Shown: positions 1 through 16,892, counted from the stretch's first letter. The stretch is 64,000 nucleotides of DNA from the human T2T-CHM13v2.0 reference genome, Homo sapiens (GCF_009914755.1 NC_060933.1), one strand, 5' to 3'. Numbers and translations: made by a program. The notes: generated by a model not told the origin, from the letters alone.

Positions 1-239
1 TCCCCTGCATCAATAACACCTTAAAATATAGGAGTTAAGGCTTATTAACAACAATGAAAGAACAACAGGTAGCACTTAAGATGCTCCTATGCGCAAGTAT
101 ATGTAAGCCATCCTAAGTGCTTCACAAATATCAACTCATTAATTCTCATAAAAACTCTACATAAAAGTACTACTAATTTCTCAAAGAATAAAAGTTTATT
201 TTTAAAACTACATAGGAAACATTTTGGAGCTATTGAATC

Positions 240-625
240 AATTAGCTATTGCCATATTGATGCTGCATAACACAGAATTCCAGCATATGGTAGATTAACA
301 CAGCGGCCAACAACAGTTATTTACTTATTCTCCATCATACACCTGTGTCATTTGGCTAAATGGGCCTGCTCCAAGCTGTGGCTCCTCACTTAGAATTAGG
401 CTCACATGTGCTTCATGTGTTGATCCCAGACTGACAGGACATGGTAGCTTTTCCCATGGCGATATCAAGCCCAATGGCACAGACACATTTTAAGCCTCTG
501 ATTGTTTCATATGTTGTAACATCCCATAGCTTGAAGTAAGTTTATATGGACAAGCTCAAAGTCAAGGGGCAGATCTACAGAGTAAAATGTTAAAGGGTGT
601 GGATGCAGGGGGATGTGAAGAATGT
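240..625 (-). mobile_element. Ancient MaLR solo LTR fragment (MLT1J/K-like)
   Basis: Degenerate MLT1 motifs (ATTAGCTATTGCC..GCATAACA, CAAGCTCAAAGTCAAGGGGCAG, GGGTGTGGATGCAGGG); boundaries approximate. Confidence 0.5.
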
Positions 626-1001
626 TAAAACGTGCTCTTATGCCATATGAATCGAGTGCCTTTGTAACCTAAGAAATATGCTAGTGGATTTATGCACTCA
701 GTTGTTTCATTCACCACTGTATATCCATAAGGTATATAGTATAACTTCTATTTTATAAATGATAAATCTTAGGCTGAGGAAGCTAATTTTATACTAATTA
801 AGCTACACCACCAATAAGTACTATGATCCTACACATTAAGCTGTTTTAAATACATGGCTATATCCTGTAGTAATTTATATCCAAATTTCCTTTGAAATGT
901 CTTCTTACAGAAGTGAATTTGAGTTTATTTTATTTAAATATTTAGCATTTAATACATTTTAAATATCTTCTTTCAAAATTAATATAAAGGGATTATTCTT
1001 A

Positions 1002-2677
<1,676 letters not shown>

Positions 2678-3017
2678 ATCAAGTGGGTCCCTGACCCCTG
2701 AGTAGCCTAACTGGGAGGCACCCGAAGTAGGGGTGGACTGACACCTTAAAGGGCCAGGTAGCCCTCTGAGACAAAGCTTCCAGAGGAATAATCAGGCAGC
2801 AATATTTGCTGTTCAGCAATATTCACTGTTCTGCAGCCTCCCCTACTAATACCCAAGCAAACAGGGTCTGGTGTGGACCTCCAGCAAACTCCAGCAGACC
2901 TGCAGCTGAGGGTCCTGACTGTTAGAAGGAAAACTAACAAACAGAAAGGACATCCACACCAAAACCTCATCTGTACGTCACCATCATCAAAGACCAAAAG
3001 TAGATAAAACCACAAAG

Positions 3018-4025
3018 ATGGGGAAAAAACAGAGCAGAAAAGCTGAAAATTCTAAAAATCAGAGCACCTCTCCCCCTCCAAAGGAATGCAGCTCCTCACC
3101 AGCAACAGAACAAAGCTGGATGGGGAATGACTTTGACGAGTTGAGAGAAGGTTTCAGATGATCAAACTTCTCCGAGCTAAAGGAGGAAGTTCGAACCCAT
3201 GGCAAAGAAAGTAAAAACCTTGAAAAAAGATTAGATGAATGGCTAAGTGAATAACCAGTGTAGAGAAGTCCTTAAATGACCTGATGGAGCTGAAAACCAT
3301 GGCACGAGAACTACGTGACGAATGCACAAGCTTCAGTAGCTGATTCGATCAACTGAAAGAAACAGTATCAGTGATTGAAGATCAAATGAATGAAATGAAG
3401 CGAGAAGGGAAGTTTAGAGAAAAAAGAGTAAAAAGAAACAAAGCCTCCAAGAAATATGGGACTATGTGAAAAGACCAAATCTACATCTGATTGGTGTACC
3501 TGAAAGTGACGGGGAGAGTGGAACCAAGTTGGAAAACACTCTGCAGGATATTATCCAGGAGAACTTCCCCAACCTAGCAAGGCAGGCCAACATTCAAATT
3601 CAGGAAATACAGAGAATGCGACAAAGATACTCCTCAAGAAGAGCAGCTCCAAGACACATAATTGTCAGGTTCACCAAAGTTGAAATGAAGGAAAAAATGT
3701 TAAGGGCAGCCAGAGAGAAAGGTCGGGGTATCCACAAAGGGAAGCCCATCAGACTAACAGCTGATCTCTCAGCAGGAACCCTACAAGCCAGAAGAGAGTG
3801 GGGGCCAATATTCATATTCTTAAAGAAAAGAATTTTCAATCCAGAATTTCATATCCAGCCAAACTAAGCTTCATAAGTGAAGGAGAAATAAAATACTTTA
3901 CAGGCAAGCAAACGCTGAGAGATTTTGTCAACACCAGGCCTGCCCTAAAAGAGCTCCTGAAGGAAGCACTAAACCTGGAAAGGAACAACCGGTACCAGCC
4001 AGTGCAAAAACATGACAAATTCTAA
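3018..4025 (+). pseudogene. Disrupted L1 ORF1p
   Basis: ATG GGG AAA AAA CAG AGC AGA (MGKKQSR) start; KRPNLHLIGVPE and YPAKLSF motifs split across frames. Confidence 0.9.
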
Positions 4026-4088
4026 ATACCATCAATGCTAGGAAGAAACTGCATCAACTAACGAGCAAAATAACCAGCTAACATCATC

Positions 4089-5558
4089 AAGACAAGAACA
4101 AATTCACACATAACAATATTATCCTTAAATGTAAATGGGCTAAGTGCTCCAATTAAAAGACACAGACTGGCAAATTGGATAAAGAGTCAAGACCCATCAG
4201 TGTGCTGTATTCAGGAAACCCATCTCACATGTAGAGACACACATAAGCTGAAAATAAAGGGATGGAGGAAGATCTACCAAGCAAATGGAAAACAAAAAAA
4301 GGCAGGGGTTGCAATCCTAGTCTCTGATAAAACAGACTTTAAACCAACAAAGAGCAAAAGAGACAAAGAAGGCCATTACATAATGGTAAAGGGATCAATT
4401 CAACAAGAAGAGCTAACTATCCTAAATATATATGCACCAATACAGGAGCACCCAGATTCATAAAGCAAGTCCTTAGAGACCTACAAAGAGACTTAGACTC
4501 CCACACAATAATAATGGGAGACTTTAACACCCCACTGTCAACATTAGACAGATCAATGAGACAGAAAGTTAACAAGGATATACAGGAATTGAACTCAGCT
4601 CTGCAGCAAGCAGACCTAATAGACATCTACAGAACTCTCCACCCCAAATCAAAAGAATATACATTCTTCTCAGCACCACATCGTACTTATTGCAAAATTG
4701 ACCACATAGTTGGAAGTGAAGCACTCCTCAGCAAATGTAAAAGAACAGAAATTATAACAAACTGTCTCTCAGACCACAGTGCAATCAAACTAGAAGTCAG
4801 GATTAAGAAACTCACTCAAAACCGCTCAACTACATGGAAACTGAACAACCTGCTCCTGAATGACTATTGGGTATATAACAAAATGAAGGCAAAAATAAAG
4901 ATGTTCTTTGAAACCAACGAGAACAAAGACACAACAAACCAGAATCTCTGGGACACATTTAAAGCAGTGTGTAGAGTGGAATTTATAGCACTAAATGCCC
5001 AAAAGAGAAAGCAGGAAAGATCTAAAACTGACATCCTAACATCACAATTAAAAGAACTAGATAAGCAAGAGCAAACACATTCAAAAGCTAGCAGAAGACA
5101 AGAAATAACTAAGAACAGAGTAGTACTGAAGGAGATAGAGACACAAAAAACCCCTCAAAAAATCAATGAATCCAGGAGCTGTTTTTTTGAAAAGATCAAC
5201 AAAATTGATAGACTGCTAACAAGACTAATAAAGAAGAAAAGAGAGAAGAATCAAATAGATGCAATAAAAAATGATAAAGGGGATATCACCACCGATCCCA
5301 CAGAAATACAAACTACCATCAGAGAATACTATAAACACACCTATGCAAATAAACTAGAAAATCTAGAAGAAATGGAAAAATTCCTGGACGCATACACCCT
5401 CCCAAGACTAAACCAGGAAGAATTTGAATCCCTGAATAGACCAATAACAGGCTCTGAAATTGAGACAATAGTTAATAGCCTACCAACCAAAAAAAATCCA
5501 GGACCAGACAGATTCACAGCGGAATTCTACCAGAGGTACAAGGATGGACTGGTACCAT
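4089..5558 (+). pseudogene. Disrupted, 3'-truncated L1 ORF2p (APE-type endonuclease domain)
   Basis: [16 protein letters not shown] and SDHSAIKLE motifs; start codon mutated ATG>AAG; frameshift near 4440; ends at the TSD. Confidence 0.9.
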
Positions 5559-6125
5559 GGATTATTCTTAAGAAGTGGTAAAATATGTTGGAAACAAGCT
5601 GTTCCTCTTCTAAGCAAAGTTCAGAGTTTAAAAGTATGAAATGATAATACTGATGAAAGAAAGATTGAATGTAGGAGAACATTACATAATAATAATTTGG
5701 AAAATGTTTGGTTTTTAAGACAGTGGAAAGTTTACCAAATAGTATTTAAATAATTCTGTTAGCAAAGGCTTTCCAGAAAGATATTTTTCTATTGTAATCC
5801 TGAATTAATATTCTGAAATAACTTAACTGCTTGTCTTAAGTTGCAGAGATGTGTTAAGGTGGTTTACATTTATCTGCATTTATAATTTTATCATTTCACA
5901 GTTCTTTTAGGGTTTCTCTATATTATTAATCTCTGCTGTACCATGCATAAGCCACTGTATTTTTAACTCAGTCTAAGAAGAGTTTAAATATACTTTCTAG
6001 AATCTTGAAGAACAGCAGATCATTAAATAGACTTCTGGGAATTACTTCTCCACTGGTCAGAATGTCATCTGTCTCAACAGTGGGATTTGCAAGGTTAAAG
6101 AGATATTAATAAATGGGTGTTGGTT

Positions 6126-6242
6126 GGGGCCTGTCATGGGGTGGGGGGAGGTGGGAGGGATAGCATTAGGAGAAATACCTAATGTAAATGATGAGTTATT
6201 AAAGTATAATAAAAAGTAATAATAAATAAATAAATACAAATA
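6126..6242 (+). mobile_element. Very short 5'-truncated L1PA 3' end with internal deletion
   Basis: G-rich L1 3'UTR plus A-rich tail; 18-bp TSD AATAA(A/C)TGGGTGTTGGTT at 6108-6125 and 6243-6260. Confidence 0.9.
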
Positions 6243-6579
6243 AATAACTGGGTGTTGGTTAGGCACATAAATGGCAATCTTGATTATCTTGCCTTTCGCA
6301 TACTTTACTCTCTCAATCCTTCTGTAAATTTAAGCAGATGGTAGACCTGCAAGCTCCTGTATTCTCCAGAAAACAGAGATAGCTTGAGTGCCCCCATTTC
6401 CCCTCTAGTTCAGTACCTGATGAAATAATAAATAATAAATAGATTCTTGATGAAAGAAACATACCCCCGCTTATTAAAGTAACCCATATTTGTTTGTTCA
6501 TACCTTGTAAAGGTAACAAATGACAAGCAGAAAGATGTTTGTCTTTCCTATTTGCAAATGTAATGGAGAAATAACTTTT

Positions 6580-6770
6580 ATTGAACATTCACTATGTTTT
6601 AAACACTAGCATAAGTACTTCTCTCATATTTCGTTTAAAACTCAACACAACCCTGAGGTAGACAGTTTTGCCAGTTGAAAACTTTGTAACTATATCAAGC
6701 AGATAGTAAAGAAAGTATTTTATTGCAGTAGTTTGACTCCTACATCCTACGTCCACACTGTCAGCATTTA
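6580..6770 (-). mobile_element. MIR SINE relic
   Basis: TTGAACATTCACTATGT..CTCAACACAACCCTGAGGTAG resembles the MIR core. Confidence 0.55.
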
Positions 6771-7549
6771 TGCTTTGACATTATGACAGATATATTCACT
6801 GGGTTATATGGTACCCCATGAGTAGAAATGCTAACCTAGAGAGATGGAGCCTGGATCAAGTGATTGGGAAAAGGTTTTAAGGTTTCAGAGGCAGGCTGTA
6901 TGTCTTCTCTCTTCTGCCTACACTTCACCATTTACTGACGATACCATCATCTGCATGTTTCTGCTTCTCAGTGCCTTCAATTCTCAATGTCCTATCAATA
7001 CAGTAGGTACAAAGGTAACTGCCTCATACTGTTTCCATGAGAGTATAATGAAAAAGTTAACCTAAAGTATTTGGAACAGAATTCTATGTTCAATAAATGT
7101 TAGAAAAATGATTGAAGGTTAATTATGAGTTGGCTACTTGAAAGGTGGAAGGAGAGGAGTTGGTAGGGAGAGAATGTTACAGGCAGAAGGTCTGGCATGC
7201 TCTCTCTCTTTCTCTTTACCTTAATTTTTCATAAGCTTGTCTATAAAAAGGAGGCTTAAGCCAAAAATTAATAGTTGATAATTTGTCTGAGATGAAGGGA
7301 CCTGTGTTTATAAATTGAAAACAAGAAAGTAGAGTTGGAGATATTAAAAGTAATGGCTGCCCTCTGAAGGACTATTGAGAATACCTCCTGACTATGGGGA
7401 AAAAGTAAATACGATTTTAAAACAAGTTTGTTCCTCTAAACATGACTAAAATGTACATTCCAAATGGAGGCTGTACTTTTGAAGAGGACAACAATTATGT
7501 AGCTATATGAGAAAATTAATTCATTGACAATTTGTGAAGAAAGAGTGTA

Positions 7550-7650
7550 AGTTTTAGAATCAGATCCCATAGAATTTTAATTTTATTACTCCTTATCAAC
7601 TGTGACCTTGAATAAGTTACTCATCTTCTTTGAGTTTTACTCTCTTTTAT
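7550..7650 (+). mobile_element. MIR SINE relic
   Basis: CTGTGACCTTGAATAAGTTACTCATCTTCTTTGAG MIR core. Confidence 0.6.
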
Positions 7651-7659
7651 GGTCTGTTA

Positions 7660-9090
<1,431 letters not shown>

Positions 9091-9094
9091 TGGT

Positions 9095-9410
9095 ATATGG
9101 TGACCATGAATATGTCCTACTCAAATATCCTGGCATAAAAAGTTTAATTACTTGAGATTTTGGCTCAAGGACACACCATTGATTTAGCTAAAATTAAACA
9201 AACAAACAAAAACATGAACTGCAATTTAAGACTCTTTCTACCAACCTCTGTCTTCTTTCTACTTTCTTCCCAGGTTCAGATCTGCCTCACAGTCTTATAT
9301 GTGTCCCCACTTCCTCAGCTTGTTCCCTCTTTTCCCCACTCACAAATATTTCCCCCCAGAAAATATCTTGCATAACAAATCTTTTTTTGTTTGCCTCTTG
9401 AAAGATCCAT
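9095..9410 (+). mobile_element. Ancient ERVL-type LTR fragment (LTR33/LTR16-like)
   Basis: 3' end resembles ERVL LTR termini (CCCAGAAAATATCTTGCATAACAAATC..GCCTCTTGAAAGATCC); interrupts the L1ME relic. Confidence 0.35.
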
Positions 9411-9914
9411 TTTATTTTCTATTGATAACCAATTGTTTCTATATCTGGGCTTTAATTTTCTTACCTGTGAAATGGAATTTTTAAAATTTACTAAATATGT
9501 TTGATCTGTGAGTCAGAGAGCTAAGATACTTATCATTGTGCTTTAGAATATTAGCTACTATTAATTTATTTCCATTCTTCAAGATGTGTCTTTCAGAATG
9601 TAGAGGAATTGCAGTTCAGTTGTTATGAACTAAATCTACTCTTGGGTGAACTGTACTACAAAGTATCTCTGTGCATTTGTGCAAGCCATTTCACCTTCCT
9701 GTGCCTCTCCTTCACAAAACTAAAATTAAAAGGAGAAAATATTTTCTACCTGGTTGACTAAATTCTTCTAGTTAATTAGTTAATGCATTTGACGTTCTTA
9801 CAAAAAATTTGTAACTAACAAATTAGTTAATGTATATAAAATTCTTAAGATTGTTAAGACTTATATAAAAGTAAGGGATACTCACACCTTTGTAATTTGC
9901 AACTCTAATAATTA

Positions 9915-10241
<327 letters not shown>

Positions 10242-11474
10242 GTACTGTTTACATGGTACTATATACAGTGTCATCACGCATTTGCTTGTGTCCCTCCATG
10301 GTTCCAGAAGACCAGGTTTTCCCAATAAATTATATGCAAGTGAATATTTCTCAATTCTACATAAATGTATGTAACTACACATTTATGTATCTCTATATAT
10401 TACTACATAGATATATATATAGATATGAGTTTAATATTTCTACACCGCAGTGAAAGCTTTGCTTAACTACAACCCTATGCATTTATGAATTATATAGTAA
10501 TCAGAAGAAAAGCCCAGATACTCAGACTACTTTTATCTTTTTTTATTTCTATTCAGATAGTCTTTTTGTTTCAGTAGTATACCATATAATATCTGCTAGT
10601 TGCAAACTCTGAAAAATGACATCAGGTATTCACACTGAATATAACCACACTTACAATATTTAGGTATTGCCTAGAATAGAAATGAGAAATGTGAAAGGGA
10701 ACTTTGTTTTCTGACAATTATAGATATTACCTCAACCTTCAGAGATGCAATTCAAAACTTATTTGTGCTATTATGATTTAATTTTAACTTCTACATTATA
10801 TTAATGTTATCATGTTTATCTTTGATATTTATATATATCTCAATATCTTTCTATATTGAGTTGCATTTCTGGAAGTATTGCTTCTCAAAAAGTTCTCCAT
10901 GTAAACACAAAGGCAAAGATTTTTTGATATGTGGTTACTGTATTCAGCACACCAATTGCCTATCTTAAGAAATATTTGACAGAAGATTCCAGAGCAGCCA
11001 AATAATATAGAAAGTTATGTAATGATTAGTGCAATAGAATTCTACCAATTTATGATTCCATGTTTATATATGTGTTATTCATTATAAGGTAACTACAGAA
11101 ATTAACTTACACAGGCCTGATGAGTAATGACCAAATAGGCTATTCAATTCAATAATAATTTTTAGAACCCAGCATTGCCATGGGGATCGTACTCCTAAAA
11201 ATTTATAAACCTCATGTCCTTTTCAGTAAAATGGATTTTTAATATAGCATAAATCATGATGTGAAGATTCAATTAGAAAATGTAATTTAACTCTCAAATT
11301 TTAATTTTTTTATGTGATATTTGCCCCTGTGAAGAAAATTTGTAACGAAGATGAGGAAATCATAAAACATTTATATATAATGTCAAAATATACACAAAGC
11401 GTGATAATTACCTGATAAAATTAAAAATACTGGGCAATTTTGTCAGAACTTGTCCCCTAGATGTACAGATATAT

Positions 11475-11732
11475 GTTGTTAAATTTATTCCATGAAGGAT
11501 GTCTAGGTGGTCTTCAAATAAAGGGTTCTGTGGCTGAATACGTTAGGCAAGTATTTGCTTCAGCAAAGTTAATCAGTCTTTAAAAAAATTTTAATATTGT
11601 AGAGATTTTCAGCACTTTACACATAGAATGTCTAATAGGAAGCATAAGTTTGCAGTGGTTCCCAAACTTGTTTGACTGCAGAACCTTGTTTTCTCTCAAA
11701 AATTTTTATGAAACATGTATTGGTAAATGTTG
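11475..11732. mobile_element. hAT-Charlie MITE relic (MER112-like)
   Basis: Degenerate inverted motifs AAGGGTTCTGTGG..TAGGCAA / TTCCCAAACTTGTTTGACTGCAGAACCTT. Confidence 0.45.
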
Positions 11733-12045
11733 ATGTAGGCATTAAATACAAATTAAATTTAGAGAAGGGAAAAGTGAATCTTGGTAAGGAAGTGGGCAAC
11801 ATTTTTTGAAGAATTAGTAATTAAATTCTGGATTGGATTTAAAACAGGAGAGGATAGAGCATTATAGGAAATGATTCAGAAAGCATGATGAGATTGATAG
11901 GCTCATCAAAATGTGAGACAAAGTTTTCATATTAGGAAAAAAGTGGGCAATATGTTTGTTTCCAGAGGATATGGACAATTTCTGGAGTTCTTGACAGGCA
12001 GAAAAGAAGATTGGATTTCATCTTTAATTTTATTTTTTCCATATT

Positions 12046-12444
12046 TGTGTTGAGCCATTCTTGCATTGCTATAAAGAAATACCTGAGACTGGATACTTTA
12101 TTTAAGCGGAGGTTTAATTTCCTCATGGTTCTGCAGGATGTACAGGAAGCACAGTGCTGGCATCGCCTTCCAGTGAGGCCTCAAGAAGTCTATAATAATG
12201 ATGGAAAAATGAGGAGGAGCAGGTATCTCACATGGTAAATGTAGAAGCAAGGGTGTTTTGGGGGAGCGCCACACACTTTTAAAAGACAAGATCTAAGGAG
12301 AACTCAGTCACTATCACGAGATCAGCATCAAGCCATGAGGGATCTGCCCCCAAGACCAGACACCTCCTACTAGACCCCACCTCCAGCACTGGGGATTACA
12401 ATTCAACATGAGATTTGGCAGAGACATGTATTCAAACTATATCA
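12046..12444 (-). mobile_element. MaLR solo LTR (MSTA-like)
   Basis: TG...CA termini, GCATTGCTATAAAGAAATACCTGAGACTGG and GGGGATTACAATTCAACATGAGATTTGG motifs, 5-bp TSD ATATT/CTATT. Confidence 0.9.
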
Positions 12445-12449
12445 CTATT

Positions 12450-13490
12450 TAAGTCTTTAATTCACCTGGAATGGCATTACATGCTTAATGTGACGTAAGG
12501 GTACAATTTTATCTTTTCTTTCATAAGGATATGCAGTTCTCTCAACACCATATAATAGAAATGACCATCTATTCTCCATTCGGGGTAATTCCAATTGTGT
12601 TGTAAATCATGTTTCCATAAATCTATTTCTGTGTTCTCTGTTTTATTCCATTATTAGTCTCTTTGTTCATCTCTATTTTAACACCTTTAGATCTTAATTT
12701 CTAAACTGTAGGGCAAGTTCATCCACCTTGATCTTCTTCAAGAGTATCTTGGAGTAGTTTGTACTTTAATCTTGTCTAGTTCTAAAAAGCAAAACTAACA
12801 CACCAAAATTAGAGTTTTATTAATATTACATTGACTCTGTTGATTAATTTGGCAATACTTGACATCATAATCCTGAATCTTGTAATTTCTTAAAGTGGTA
12901 TATCTCCTTATTTACATCTTCTTTAATTTTTTTAATAAAACATTAATATTGTGCATAATTTACATATTTATTAGATGCATTCCAATGTATTTAACATTTG
13001 ATGTTATTTAAATATTATAATTTTAAAACATATTTTAGTTTTATCCTGCTAGTATATAGACATTCAAATTATTTTGCAAGCAAAATTACTATTGAGAAAA
13101 TCTGTAAAAATGAACTGTTAATTAAAATAATACGTAGTTTATTTTTTATTTTATTAATAGACAAACATATTACCTGTTAAAATTATAATGTGGCTTTTGT
13201 TTTTTCAATCCAAGCTGACTTTGATGGCTATGATCATTATTTCACAAGGAAGTATGATGTTTGCTTTTTTCAGTTATGAGTATTTTTTTAAAATTCTTTG
13301 TTTGCTAAGAGCTTATTTAATGGATGGCTATTATTTTTTCAGTTTTGTATATAATTTGAAATATATTATTTTTCATTTTAAATTTATTAATGAGGAATTT
13401 AAATTTTTTAAAGTTAAAATGTAAACTTGTGTTCACCATTCTGTTTACTAGAGTTTCTTTAAGATTTTTGCATGTATGATTATAAATTGG
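12450..13490 (-). mobile_element. Ancient L1ME-type ORF2 fragment
   Basis: Degenerate L1 ORF2 antisense motifs (TTTAAGTCTTTAATTCACCTGGAAT, TTCTTCAAGAGTATCTTGG, AAGATTTTTGCAT). Confidence 0.6.
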
Positions 13491-13491
13491 A

Positions 13492-14338
13492 TTTTTTTTT
13501 TGTTTTTTTTTTGTTTTGTTTTGTTTTGTTTTGTTTTATTATACTTTAAGTTTTAGGGTACATGTGCACATTGTGCAGGTTAGTTACATATGTATACATG
13601 TGCCATGCTGGTGCGCTGCACCCACTAACTCGTCATCTAGCATTAGGTATATCTCCCAATGCTATCCCTCCCCCCTCCCCCCACCCCAACACAGTCCCCA
13701 GAGTGTGATATTCCCCTTCCTGTGTCCATGTGATCTCATTGTTCAATTCCCACCTATGAGTGAGAATATGCGGTGTTTGGTTTTTTGTTCTTGCGATAGT
13801 TTACTGAGAATGATGATTTCCAATTTCCTCCATGTCCCTACAAAGGACACGAACTCATCATTTTTTATGGCTGCATAGTATTCCATGGTGTATATGTGCC
13901 ACATTTTCTTAATCCAGTCTATCATTGTTGGACATCTGGGTTGGTTCCAAGTCTTTGCTATTGTGAATAATGCCGCAATAAACATACGTGTGCATGTGTC
14001 TTTATAGCAGCATGATTTATAGTCATTTGGGTATATAGCCAGTAATGGGATGGCTGGGTCAAATGGTATTTCTAGTTCTAGATCCCTGAGGAATCGCCAC
14101 ACTGACTTCCACAATGGTTGAACTAGTTTACAGTCCCACCAACAGTGTAAAAGCGTTCCTATTTCTCCACATCCTCTCCAGCACCTGTTGTTTCCTGACT
14201 TTTTAATGATTGCCATTCTAACTGGTGTGAGATGGTATCTCATTGTGGTTTTGATTTGCATTTCTCTGATGGCCAGTGATGATGAGCATTTTTTCATGTG
14301 TTTTTTTGGCTGCATAAATGTCTTCTTTTGAGAAGTGT
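13492..14338 (-). mobile_element. 5'-truncated L1PA2
   Basis: Near-consensus young L1 3' end with GAG (not Ta ACA) in GATGACGAGTTAGTGGG and A in CTTAAAGTAT; open ORF2 C-terminus; T/(TTTTG)n tail; no TSD found. Confidence 0.93.
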
Positions 14339-14994
14339 TTATGTGTATGTGTGCGAAAATCCTAATGGGCAAACAAGAATAGTGATTTTAAAAATATATG
14401 AAAGAAATTACCCATTACAATCGAGAGTATTTTTCTAAGCATATAAAGTTCTCAATACGGAGAAAAGGAAAAGTCCATGTTACCTCATGCAGTAAGTGCC
14501 TCAACTGAACAGTGAAGAAATTTCCATAAGGTAGTAGAAAACAGAAAGTAAAGATTACTCTTTGAGACTCTGAAAGGTATTATTGTGGGGACAACTAAGT
14601 GGAGTTTTGAAGGATGAGAGAAAGTCTATCAGAAAACACAGAGGCCAGGGGAGGCAAGGGGAACATTGGAACAGAGGAACCAGAGGCCTGAAATGCATTT
14701 TTTTTTCTTTTGACTGTTCCTTTTTATAGTCAGATGTATTTTCTGGAGTCATATTCATAAAGATGACTTTGGCTTTGGGATTGCACGTTTAACCGGTGAT
14801 CTTCATCCTTTTGTCTAATCACTACTATTCACACCTTCATTGGTAAATCAGGTGCATTTTTAGCTTAGTCATGCCGCCTTCTGCTGATCCCACCCCATCC
14901 TGTAATTATAAATCTCAGTGTGGTTACTGACAATGTAAGGACACTATTTTATCCCCACAATGGAATTCAGGCATAGGACCAGAAGCACAATTAG

Positions 14995-15058
14995 AACAAC
15001 AACAACAACAACAACAACAAAATACAATAGCCAACACACACACGTACACACACACACA
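14995..15058. repeat. (AAC)n and (CA)n microsatellites
   Basis: Direct reading. Confidence 0.9.
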
Positions 15059-16133
15059 AACCCAAAACATAGTCCACAATGTTAGGTGTGATTAACTTGG
15101 TGGAGGATAATTATGTGATGAGTGGGGTCAGAAACTACTGATTTAGATCAGCTGTGTGTTTGATATTGGCTATTAGGAATCTGCCACATTTGACACATGG
15201 AATGTCAGAGTGAAATAGAGGCTGAGAAGTGAGATCAGCAAATATGAAGTAACGCCAAAATGAATACGGTATGTCAGGGCCTGGTGATGAGCTGTGAATG
15301 GCATAGTAAAAAAAGGAAAACTGAAGTAGGGGGCAGGTTGCAGACAGAAGGTATGTGGCAAAAGTCCAAGCAGGCTCATATGAACCAGGTACAATGGAAC
15401 AATGTCTCATGCATTTTAACTTTTGAAAATTAAACCTTACCAGCTCTATTGGAAACAAAAATAAAGAAAAAAAATAACAGCTTGACAATCAAGACCATTC
15501 TGTAACTATTCATGTTCATACAATGAGTCTGTGTTTCGGAGTATTTGAGAGATGGTGCATAAATCTCCTGTTTTCAGGATCAGCCTTTTTCCCCTATGAA
15601 ACTTGTATTAAAAAATATGTTTTTGGTTGAGAGTTTAGTGAGTCTACAGGTGAAAGAGAAGTTTGTTTTTTGTTTGTTTTGGTACAACATTGCAGCAAAA
15701 CACAAGTCAACAATTATATCCGGTACTCAAAAACAAAAATGGTATATTCCAGCATTGGAGCAATAATATTTTGCTACATTTTTTGAGAGCAGGTATACTA
15801 TGTTAAAAGGGGCAAACTATGGGATTGTTAAGAAAAACTTTGATTACATTAACATTTTGCCTTTTCCTTTGCTTAATGTTAAAAAAAACTTACAGAAAGA
15901 TGAAACTTCTTTATATTCACACTAACTTAGTCAGGTCGAAGCAAGGGAGACAGAAAAATCAATGAGAGACACAAGTACTGAGATAATGATGCCAAGACTT
16001 GTGGCCCAGCCATGAGATTTGGATATGTTTTGTGCTAAGTCATTTCCAAGGCTTCGATGGAGGAAAACCCAGAGGTGAAGACAAATGAATGATGACATAT
16101 AGCCAAAAAGTCCTGCTTCTTTTCTCTCTACAG

Positions 16134-16290
16134 GAGGCTTAGTCAGTGATTCACACAAACACCAATCAGACCATCATAAAGCTGATAGACTCTTTTATTC
16201 TCCTGAGGTTTGGTGAATGAATGAACACTGATGATGGTGAGCTCTGAGCAGTGCCCTGGAGCCAGAAATGCTGGCATGTATTTCTGCTCA
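16134..16290 (+). other. Candidate non-coding exon (157 nt)
   Basis: Acceptor TCCTGCTTCTTTTCTCTCTACAG|G and donor TCA|GTAAGT in non-repetitive DNA; stops in all three frames. Confidence 0.3.
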
Positions 16291-16499
16291 GTAAGTTTGT
16301 TCTTTACCTGTTGCCTCCTAGGTATATCTAATCAAACTTTCCATAATTTATATAATTCTTACATTGAAATGTCTACCTGAAGTCTTTCTTGCTATATTAT
16401 CTCAGCAAGAGGAAATTAAGAATTATCTTTACTCTCTTTAAAAAATCATTGCTTAGGTAAATGTTTTTTGTTCAATATTCTAAAACTGTATATCTTTTT

Positions 16500-16892
16500 T
16501 TTAAGTTTTGTATTTTATTACAGTAAAACACTTAACACAAGGTCTACTGTGTGCAAAATTTTAAGTGTACAATACATTTTTGTAGACTTTCGGTACAATG
16601 TTGTCCAGCAGATCTCTAGAGCTTATTTATCTTTCTTAAATGTTATGCTTTTTGATGAGTAAATCTCTATTTTTCCCTACCTCTAACTCCTGGAAACCAT
16701 CATTCTACTCTTTCATTCTGTGCATTTGAGTACGTTAAATACCTCATATATGTGGGATCATACAGTTTTGTCTTTATGTGACTATCTTATTTCACTTAGC
16801 ATAATGTCCTCAAGATTCATCCATGTTGTCTCATATTGCAGAATTTCCTTCTTTTTAAAGGCTACCTAGTATTCCATTGTGTGTGTGTGTGT

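Larger units (their letters stand above)
2679..5558 (+). mobile_element. Inverted 5' segment of the same L1PA5-like insertion (partial 5'UTR, ORF1, ORF2 endonuclease/Z region)
   Basis: Strand switch at 2677/2679; TSD GGATTATTCTT(A) at 990-1001 and 5559-5570 brackets both segments. Confidence 0.93.

Noticed and set aside
4514-5581. 355-aa ORF, the longest in the window
   Set aside because: Fragment of L1 ORF2 in a rearranged element lacking its start codon and RT domain; not a host gene
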